Assembly (NCBI GenBank): GCA_043228905.1
Contig: JBHGNT010000009.1
Span: 12,586,001 to 12,650,000 of the forward strand
Direction of reading: 5' to 3'
From: Azolla caroliniana
Taxonomy: Eukaryota > Plantae > Polypodiophyta
Length of the DNA stretch: 64,000 nt
This document shows positions 54,355 through 64,000 of the stretch, piece after piece; within the stretch, counting starts at the first letter, position 1; the number at the start of each line of letters is the position of its first letter. The position numbers and the translations under genes were made by a program. The notes under the pieces are model-generated. The model was not told the origin of the DNA. It ran no database searches and worked only from the letters and a program-made list of their open reading frames with translations.

Positions 54355-57300
54355 TGTCGAGGTATTCCTCGCGGATGCGTGGAATGAGGCGGGGCCTCAG
54401 GGGGTCTTGTACCGAAGAGCAAGAGACAAAGGAGAAGGGAAGGGACCCACTACGTGTGGGCGTAGATTCACAGGGACACGGCCCTTCGACACAAAGACGC
54501 GAGTGGGACACCGACGCAGAGAGACACGAATGTATGTATATATATATTAACAAGGACAAACAACAAGAAGCACGAAGTCGGTTATAACCGAACAGGCTGG
54601 CGAACAGATGCCGATGCCTGTTCGTAAACGCTCAGAAAGAAAGGAGTAGGTTGGAGGTGCTGCCGGAAGCACTCAGGCATTCCTCAGAGCAGCGCGAGCC
54701 TCTCGAAAACCTGCACAGGAAGAAGCTACGGAGTATGGAAGAGAGAGAAGCCTTCGGCCGACAACTCGACAACACTTCGTCTTCTCTAACCGTGATCCCC
54801 CCCTTTCCTCCTCCCCGTCTCCCTCCTTTTATAGGCAAGAAAGGAGCCGTTTCCCATTAACTTCCTACCTACCGAATCTACCTACCTAGGATCTTCTATG
54901 TACCTAATTCTCTCTTATGTACTACATAAGGCTTACGTGCATGAAGAGCCGGTTCCTACGCTCCGGTGCACCGATTCCGCTTGTGGACGGTTTTCTTCAC
55001 GACATCCGCCCCCACCTAACCGCGCATCCACCGGCATGCGCCAAATTGAGTTGGGACGGAGAAAACCGGTCCAGCCTTCATTCCCCGCCCGTCGGTTCTT
55101 CCTCGGTTTCAGATCGTTCGTCGTCACGGCCCAGGTTAACCGGATCCGGCTCGTCGTCGTGATGCTTCTTGAACGCTTTGATCCGCTTCCCAGCTACCGG
55201 TATCGCCATTCTCGTGCCGTCGAGTTCCGCCAAATGGTATGTCCCGTTGTTGTTGGCGCTTTGTACCACGTAAGGCCCGAACCACCTTCTTGCGATCTTC
55301 CGCGTTGCTCGGTGCTGGTTGTCGAGGCTGCTGTCGTAGACTAGCACCCAGTCGCCTTCCTCGATCTTCTTTGGTCGGAGCCGGTGCGTCCGGTCGAACC
55401 GGGCTTTGTTCCTCGTCCTTGCCACCCGAAGCTTTCCCGCAGCCTGCTCCACGTCCTCCGATCTTCGCTCGAGCTGTCGTATGCGCGCCGCCAACAGTTC
55501 CTCCCGGCTCATCTCGTCTCTCCAGTCCACAGTTGCCCATGAGGATATCGTACGTTCCATTGGCATGATCGGCTTCTACCCAAACATGAGCTCGTCCGGC
55601 ATGAATCCGGTTACCGAACTGTGCGTAGTTCGGTCAGCCCACAACGCGTAAGGCAGTAGCCGCGGCCAGTTCCCGACTTGACCTCCGCATGCCCGAACTA
55701 ACGCCTTGACGATCGGTCCGTGTCCGCGCTCCACCTTCCCATTCGCCTCCGGATTGTACGCAGTGGTAAGCGAGAGCTCGACTCCTAGCCGGTCGAACAG
55801 CTCCTCGGCCTCTTCGGCGTCCAACTCCCCGCGATCAGCCACGATCTTTCCGACGCACCCGTACCGGCATATCACGTCCTCGATCAGGAACCGACATACG
55901 GTCGCGGTCGTTTTCTTCTGAAGGGCTCGGCCTTCCACCTGGTTCGTCAGATCTTCCCGGGCCAGGACCAGATACCGCATCTGTCCTACTCCCATCGGCA
56001 TCGTCACCAGATCTACCATCCATTTGAAGTGGATGGTCGGAGGGTACGTAGGGTGAAGCTCGTCCCGATGTCGGACTATGGAGTGCATTTGACAGCTCTC
56101 GCAAGTTGTCACGAACCGATGCACGTCCCGGTACAGTCCCGGCCACCAGTACTTCCCCTTTATCTTCTCGAATGTGGCCCACGTTCCACGGTGTCCAGCC
56201 CAAGGGCTGTCGTGGTAGGCCGTCAGCAGCTCCTCCTGTTCTTCCTTCATCGCCACTACCCGGAGCGGGACGCCATTCCTTATCTTCGGGTGCTTCCATA
56301 AGTATCCGTACCGGAGAAAGAATCGGTATGCTTTCTTCCGGATCCGGTTGGCCTCGTCCCTCGTCCATGATGCATCCGGCATCATTGTCCTCAAAAAACC
56401 ACCGATCTGTAGCCACTCGCCGTCGTACTTGCTCTCGTCGAAGCCGTTAAGTGCCGGAGTGCTCGCCCCATCGGTCATCACGTACGCCGCCTCGAAGAAG
56501 TCCACGCCGACTTCTTCGTCCTCCGAAACCATGCCGCCCTCGTCATCAAACCTCGCCCTCGAAAGCATGTCGGCCATGGCGTTGTCCTTTCCGGAAATGT
56601 GTCGTATTTCCGGGTCCAGGGACTTGATGTACGCTATCCACCTGAGCATCGCCAGGTCCGGTGTTGCGCATCCGGAGACCATGTTGAGAATTGGCAGGCA
56701 ATCCGTCTCGACAATCACTTCTGTCCCGATCAGGTAGTCTTTGTCGGCCTTTACTGCTAAAACGATACCCCAGAGTTCGCGTTTAACCTGGGCGTACCCT
56801 CGCTGTCGCTCACTGAGGACCTTTGTGCCGAATCGGATCGGGAACCGAATGCCGTCCTCGTCTTCTTGGTTGACGACCCATCCGATCCCGGTCGGACTCG
56901 TATCCACCGTTATGTATACCGGGGTACCCTTCTCGTAGACAGCCTTCCGGAGCACCGGTGCTGCCGCAAGAGCTTCCTTCAGCTTCCGGATTGACTCCGT
57001 GTGCTCGTCTCGCCACTCGAATTTTCGCCCTTTCTTCAGCAACCCGTATAGCGGCTCCACAACGTGGGCGTAATGCGGGATCCATATGTGGTAGAATGCG
57101 CACGCCCCCAGGAACCTCCGAACTTCCGTAACCGAGCTATAGTCAGTCTTCATCGCGGAGATGGCTTCTACCTTTGCCGGAGACGGCTTCCGGCCATATG
57201 GTCCACATAGGTGTCCGACCACCAGGATTTCTGATTGCCCGAAGGCCGATTTCTCCCCGGAGAAGGTGAGCCTCGCAACCTCTAGCCTTTGTAGCACCTT

Positions 57301-60300
57301 CTCGCAGTCGTCGATGTGTGTTGCCACGAATCGCCGGCATCCGTCCGGCCCAAGTGTCTCGACCTTCTCTTCCACCGGGCACCCCTTGATCGGGATGTCG
57401 TCTAGAAATGGCATGGTGATGTCCGGGATGCAATCCCTCAGTACCTTGTTCATTGCATTCACCATGTGGGCCACCGAGTTGGTCCCTCCTTGTGGCAGGG
57501 TACACATTCGCACTAGGCCGAGGGGAGTTCGCATTGTCGTAATGTCTCTGCTCTCCACGGCTAGCTGGAACTGGTCGTACCCCGAGTACAGGTCACCGAC
57601 CGAGTAAATCGACCTTCCGGCGAAGGCCTCCGCGAACTCGTCTATGGTCGGTCCGATTCTTGCGTTCCGAATGGTCACTCTGTTGACCGGCTCCAGGTCT
57701 TGAATGAAGCGCAATGTTCCGTTTTTCTTTGGTACGGTAAACCATCGGTTCGAGTATGGGGCACCTTGACGGTTCGAGAATGCCCATATCGACTTTCTGC
57801 CTCAATAGCTCCATCAACTTCGGGATGTGAGCTCTCGGTACCGTGAATATCACCATCGGCTCCATGATTGTCGGGTCTACGCACCCGATCTCTTCCGGTG
57901 AGAACGCGAAGGCTTTCCCGTGCCTTCCGAGCATTCTCCAAAACCGGTCTTCCTCCGCCGGCAGTAGGAACCCGCCCCCACTGATTTTGAGCTCCCGGAG
58001 CGTCCCGTCGGTGAAGGTGTGTCCTATGCAGACCGGATCTCGCAAACTGGGGTCCGACGCAACCCCTCTGATCCGGGACTCGCTGCCCTCTAGTAAGGGT
58101 GTCGGAACTGGCCTTACCTTCCGGTCCACAGTCTTGTACTTCGTGCTAACCCGGGCCGTCCGATCCGACCCGAGCCCCTGACTGAAGTTCACGATGACCG
58201 GCTCCTGAACATCTCCGATCTTCACCGGGGTCTCCGTGGTCGCTCGGGCCCAGTGTGGCCTCGAATAGTGGCTCTCCACCCACTCATCTTCCAGTGCCAT
58301 GTCGTCAATGTGCGTCGTCTGCACCTCCACCGGTCCTTCCGGTTCTGTCTCCGTCGACAGCCTCTTCCGCTTTACCAAGTCCACAATGGAGTCGTGGAAC
58401 TCCTTCTTGGCGATCCCTAGCAGCTCCCGCAATGATAGCTCCACATTGCTGTCGAGGATCCGTTCTTCTAGGACCTTTCGTAGGTCCGTGGTCCTTTCTA
58501 TTTCCGTCCCCAGTCGGTATCCGCCCTTCCTGGGGTTATCTTGCGCGCTGGACCCACCGGCTTCGTTCTGTCGTTGCCCAAATCGGGTCTCCTATCGTTG
58601 CGAGGGCCCGGCCGCTCCGGCTTTCCCCACTCGCTTGTCTTCTACCAGAGCCTCGTAGTTCCGGCAGGCGGCTTCTACGAAGCCCGTCTTCTCCTCGACC
58701 GGGTCGCTCCACCCGATTATTTCCCGAATCCGTCTCTCAGCGCAGTCCGCTTCATCTTTTCTCAGCCGTGCGCCGGCGAGGCCTTCCAGCATTGCCGACT
58801 AGAATCCGTCTTTGCTCTCCTTTCGGGCCTCGCTACCCCCGACCCGAATGCCAGCCGACGCCGAGTAGTGGATGGTCTCCACGTGTCGGGCCGCTGCCTC
58901 TTCCATCAGTCTCTTCATACCTCCTCGCCCGTCGTTTCGGTTTAGGGCCCTTCTGGTGTCGCTGGCGTGCACCCGACCTTCCCACAGATACACCACTCGG
59001 TTCCTAAACGCCTCTGCGAAATCGCCGCAGTCCTTCCGGATGTGGCCGACCTCGTCGCACCACATGCACTTGTTCCCTGCTGTCGGCCGTCGGTCACGAG
59101 CCGGTTCGCCGCCTTCCCTTCAAGCCTGGGCGATCTGGAGATCCTTTATCGCCCGCGTCAACTCCTCCAGCGCTGCTCCTCCGGACAAGCCATTGACCAT
59201 GCCGGTCGAAGCCGAACTGGTTTCGAGCCACTCCCGGGTCTCTTCCCTTCGCCCTTGCGGTGCCGGTTCAAGCCTCCTTGCTGTGACAGAGCCCGCACCG
59301 GCCGCCCCGTTATCAGCCTATTCTTGCCATTTGTCGAAACGGCCACAGACTCTCTTAACCGCAGCCCAGTCGGTCGTCAGCCTGTCTTCGGTTTCCAGCA
59401 AGGAGCCGACTTGATCCCGGTCCCGCTCGTCCACCGACTTGACGAACAGTAGGACCCGGCTCGTATCCAGAACGGTTCGGTCAAGCGCCGAAAGGCGCGC
59501 AAAGCGTTCCTAAAACTCCCGGAGGAGTGCCGACGCGTTTCTTCCCTTGCCGGGGGACTCCACCCATTCCATGAAGTCCCGTTTCGAAAGCCAGAGCGCG
59601 TCGTCCAGCCCGTATTTTTCTAGGAGTCAGCCTTCGAACTCCTCCCAAGTACGGCTCTCCGCCCGTACCTCGAGCACCTCCGCATGGATGCTCGGCATCG
59701 CCACTCGAGGGAACCCGGCAAGACGCCTCTCTTTCGGAATGCCCCGCATCAGCATTTCTACCCCGTATGACGCCACATACTTTGTGGCATCCTTCCCACT
59801 GAACCGGCCGATCGTACCGACGACCACCTCAATGGCTCTGTCGAGGGCGCCGGTGCCCTCGCGTGCGCTCAATATCTGATCCACGGCCGAAGCCATGGCC
59901 TCCGCAAGATCCGATCCCTTCATCTTCTGCTCTTCTGTCACCTCCTTCACGTCGGGTTCACCAAGATGTCGAGGTATTCCTCGCGGATGCGTGGAATGAG
60001 GCGGGGCCTCAGGGGGTCTTGTACCGAAGAGCAAGAGACAAAGGAGATGGGAAGGGACCCACTACGTGTGGGCGTAGATTCATAGGGACACGGCCCTTCG
60101 ACACAAAGACGCGAGTGGGACACCGACGCAGAGAGACACGAATGTATGTATATATATATTAACAAGGACAAACAACAAGAAGCACGAAGTCGGTTATAAC
60201 CGAACAGGCTGGCGAACAGATGCCGATGCCTGTTCGTAAACGCTCAGAAAGAAAGGAGTAGGTTGGAGGTGCTGCCGGAAGCACTCAGGCATTCCTCAGA

Positions 60301-60617
60301 GCAGCGCGAGCCTCATGAAAACCTGCACAGGAAGAAGCTACGAAGTATGGAAGAGAGAGAAGCCTTCGGCCGACAACTCGACAGCACTTCGTCTTCTCTA
60401 ACCGCGATCAACCCCCTTTCCTCCTCCCCATCTCCCTCCTTTTATAGGCAAGAAAGGAGCCGTTTCCCATTAACTTCCTACCTACCGAATCTACCTACCT
60501 AGGATCTTCTATGTACCTAATTCTCTCTTATGTACTACATAAGGCTTACGTGCATGAAGAGTCGGTTCCTACGCTCCGGTGCACCGATTCCGCTTGTGGA
60601 CGGTTTTCTTCGCGACA
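54355..60617 (-). mobile_element. tRNA-Trp-primed gypsy D1 (6263 bp) nested in the C1 gag; protease deleted
   Basis: About 650-bp LTRs 54355-55004 and 59967-60617, 4-bp TSD ACGG, PBS 59947-59963 and PPT-like AGGTGGGGGCGGA at 55005-55017. Confidence 0.95.
55078..57714 (-). pseudogene. D1 pol (RT, RNase H, integrase)
   Basis: LPQGGTNS, PFLDD, TVDTS, HDSPWAGH..CESC, WMVDLV, ADRGE and WFGPY; one stop at 55576. Confidence 0.92.
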
Positions 60618-62702
60618 ACGGGCTATGACAACAAAATCCGACGTGGGAACCGTTTGAAGAGGCGCTAAAGACCACGTTTGCTATCGAGGACTCCTCCAAG
60701 GCAACGCGGAGAGGATTCGAGGATTGGGTAGAAATGCTGGAGAAGGGGATGAAGGTCCTCGATGTGTTCTCGGCATTCGAAAGTTGGTTCGGGAGGTTGT
60801 CTGCGAGAGATCAAGCTATCCTCGCACCGGACAAAGTTATCATGTTCTTACGAGCCGTAGATGTCCGGGACCGGAAGGATCTTGGAGTGCTTCTAGAGGA
60901 CATGACTACCGAGAGCGGCCTCACCGAAACATGGGAAAGCGTGCAGGATATCGTCGCGCGATACAAAAAGAGCGGGCAATGGCTTGCCAACGAAGAAAAG
61001 AGGGTTTCGGAACCAATTCTGAAACCGAGATCCGGATCAGAAGACCATCAACCGTGGGCTTGGGAAGCTACGACTGAGAAGGGAATCGATGCAACTACGG
61101 TGGAGCAGTTGCTGAAGGAGATGGAGAATCTAAAAATCACGATGGTGAAGAAGTCGGATGACCGTCCCACAAGTTCCAAGTATATGGACCGTCGATGCAT
61201 ATGGTGCGATAGCACCGAACATGATCGGAGGGATTGCGACGAGCACAAGGAAGCGCTATGACAGGATCTTATCTATTACGAGGGAAATCGGATTCATTCG
61301 ATGGACTCTCGGAAGCCGCTCCGACCGAACTTCCGAAAAGGCGGCATGAAGAAGGTCCTAGAGGAGGAAATAGCGGCGAAGAACAATTACGCGACAACCA
61401 CGGGAATACGTGTCGGGGAGTCATCGGGAGCAAAGGTGTCTTTTTGGCCAGAAGTGCTAGAAAACACCGAGAAAACCGACTCTAACGAGATCCGAAGCAT
61501 CGCGGAAGGCATCCGGGAAGCTACGGGATGGGAGTGCCCCATCGATAAGAATAGCGTGTTTGCTTTATGCCAATTGCATGAAGTGTATGTAGATGAGAAG
61601 CGAGGGCGCACGGATGAGGCGGCCGGCCGGTCCATCGAAGACACTGGAAAGCTGGAACTCCGGAGGTAAGGGAAAAGAAAAGATGATTCCGGCATTAAAG
61701 CTCGCCTCGGAGATTGAACAACAAACGGACTTGAGAAAGGTGTTCGAGGAGAGAATCCTCGATAGCCAGGTAGATTTTTCGCTTCGAGAATTACTCGGAA
61801 TAGCGAAGAAGGAGTTCCACGATCTTCTTGTGGATCTCATGAAGAGAAAAAGGCAAAGTACGAAGGAGAACGCTCCAAGGGTGAATGCAAATACTGTTCT
61901 AATGAATGACACCGAATTGGAGGACGAAATACCGAATTCTCACTACACAAAGCCACACTGGGCACGCACAACTACAGAGACTCCGGTCTGAATCGGTAAC
62001 ATCAAAGAACCCGTGCTAGCATTGATTGATCACGGATCGGAGATCAGCTTGATGTCCAAGGAATTCTACCGGAAGGGTAAGTGGCCTATTAACACGAATC
62101 ATGGGTGGAAGATCCGGGCGGCCACTAAAGCAACAGAAGATCTATTTGCGGCTTGTCCGGATGTGACGATGAAGATCGGGGATGTCGAGATCAACCAAAA
62201 TTTCTTCGTACAAGACAAGGTCTCACACTCCGTGATCCTCAGGCAACCTTTTATCACAGCATCACGGATGGAGACGAAGGTGCTCGATAGCGGTGCGGAT
62301 TTTGCGCGAATTTGGAGCCAAAACGGAGGGAAATCCGTCCAATTCCTAACTGTGCCGGCAAATCATGAAAGGAACAAGAGAGAGCTCTTGTCCCAAACAA
62401 GAATGGATTTTTAGAGCGGACTGTTGCGGAGTGGGGAAGTGATAGTCCGAGAAGCCTTGATACCCCACACAGGAAGATACCTCTCGGTGCAAAACAAGTA
62501 CGAATCGTTCTGGATGGGGCATCCACGTACACGGCCGTAACCGGAGGAATGAAGAAAGAATACCGAAAAGTGGAGGATAAGTTACGGTCGGCATCAATAA
62601 TAAAAGAAGACGAAGAAATCGTGGGAATAGTCGAAGAAGTGTTCTATGGGAGCACACTACAACGGCTTGAAGAGCTCACGGAAGATACAAGCTAGGGAAA
62701 CC

Positions 62703-63330
62703 GGGTAATTCCGGTGGAGTTGGTCGAGATGTACGAGATCATTGTGAAAATGGGGCTGGATGCGATCCGCAAAGAATAAGCAATGGTAAGTACGAAATAC
62801 AAGACCGTGGAGAAGAAAGTGAAACCGGCCACGAGACCGTTACCCACAGATAGCGAACAAAAGAGGATAGAAGTCTCGGGGGATCCGACACTTCGGAAGT
62901 CCATGGATATCAGACATGCCTTCACGGATGAGACCCGGAGAAAACTTCGGATCGGTGGAGGTGGGTTCCTATTAAAGAATGAAGAAGAACGATTATGTGG
63001 GATGCTAGAGCGACATGGGTAATTCCGGTGGAGTCAGTCGAGATGTACGAGATCATTGTGAAAATGGGGCCGGATGCGCTCTGCAAAGAAGAAGCAATGG
63101 TATGTACGAAATACAAGACCGTGGAGAAGAAAGTGAAACCGGCCATGGGACCGTTACCCGCAGATAGCGAACAAAAGAGGAAAGAAGTCTCGGGGGATCC
63201 GACACTTCGGAAGTTCATGGATATCGGACATGCCTTGACAGATGAGACCCGGAAGAAACTTCGGATTGGTGGAGATGGTTTCCTATTAAAGAATGAAGAA
63301 GAACGATTATGTGGGATGCTAGAGCGACAT
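62703..63330 (+). repeat. 314-bp tandem duplication in C1 pol
   Basis: gggtaattccggtggag units at 62703 and 63017 with GGG microhomology at the junction. Confidence 0.92.
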
Positions 63331-63459
63331 GGGAGACTATTTGCATTTACATCGAAAGAAATAGGATGCGCTGACCTGAAGATAGTGGAGCCGATGGTGA
63401 TCTTCACGATTGACCATGTGTCATGGAACCTGAAGCCGATTCCGGTGCCACGGGCGCAT

Positions 63460-64000
63460 TGTAGAAAGTAGCGTGCGGAAGCAGGTATGAAGACCGAACA
63501 GAAGGACGGAAACTCAGGTTCAATGGAGAGCTTGAGCTTACACGGTATACGCAGGAGAGACAGAGAGAGTAGACACAAAAAATATATTCAACAATAATAC
63601 TCCAGTCTGTACATAAGACGTGCTCAGTGAACACTTTTATACAAGTCCTAGAAGGACTGATCGAAGTACTGACAGTACTTCAATGCTCATCAAGAGCTCC
63701 TACACTAACTCCCAAATATATTCCTCACGGAATATCTTTCCTAACGACCTCCCGGTTTACGCACTCGGCCTAACCAATCGGTCCCAACCGATCCGGTCCT
63801 CGGTTTCTTCAGCCGATCCGGCCGATGTTGAGCTTGTCTCTCAACACTCCCCCTCAAGCTCAACTTGAGGCTCTTCGGGACCTTCACAGCGCCGGTTCCT
63901 CCTGGCTTCTCGCCTTGCTCGCGCTCCTCGACATGTTCGACTCCGCACACTTCGACCCTTCCGGTCGGCTTGTCTGCTCATGCGGCCTTTATCAGCTCTT
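63460..64000 (-). mobile_element. Ty1/copia A4 (A3 subfamily), 3' end, inserted in C1
   Basis: LTR 63460-63846 is nearly identical to 34732-35118 and is followed by the PPT ctccccctcaa and the same 3' region. Confidence 0.93.

Larger units (their letters stand above)
43296..63459 (+). mobile_element. tRNA-Trp-primed gypsy C1 (own sequence 43296-43350, 53254-54354, 60622-63459); continues beyond the window
   Basis: LTR TGTCGT...ACGACA (ends 54062) is split by B4. PBS TGGTGAACCCGACGTGA at 54067. Gag is split by D1. Zinc knuckle CIWCDSTEHDRRDC and protease LIDHGSE present. Confidence 0.88.

Noticed and set aside
44230-59452. Many 100-250 aa ORFs antisense to the gag-pol and extra ORFs
   Set aside because: Shadow ORFs of GC-rich coding sequence with no recognisable domains.

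Overview
Eukaryotic plant genomic DNA, probably a non-seed plant such as a fern (inferred from the retrotransposon types, not verifiable here). Bases 1-3826 hold the last seven coding exons of a pseudouridine-5'-phosphate glycosidase gene (PUMY/PsuG family). Its introns carry a foldback element, an exact 147-bp triple repeat, a LINE remnant and a candidate U12-type intron. From about 6.5 kb to the end the window is a deeply nested LTR-retrotransposon island, and LTRs, primer-binding sites (PBS) and target-site duplications (TSD) can be read directly. It contains Ty1/copia copies A1-A4 (Met PBS where the 5' end is present) and four copies of a non-chromovirus Ty3/gypsy family B1-B4 (Arg-like PBS). 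B4 is young, with an intact 1948-aa Gag-Pol. All B copies carry a sense-strand extra ORF (about 900 aa where complete) and lack a canonical polypurine tract (PPT). Two tRNA-Trp-primed gypsy elements (C1, D1) show a 4-bp TSD (D1) and a -1 frameshift placed after the protease (C1). Buried between insertions (33927-33963 plus 39944-41160) is a spliced, disrupted gene whose reconstructed protein resembles a beta-class N4-cytosine/N6-adenine DNA methyltransferase. This gene and the gypsy extra ORF are the best candidates for undescribed biology. No database searches were run; family assignments rest on motif recognition.
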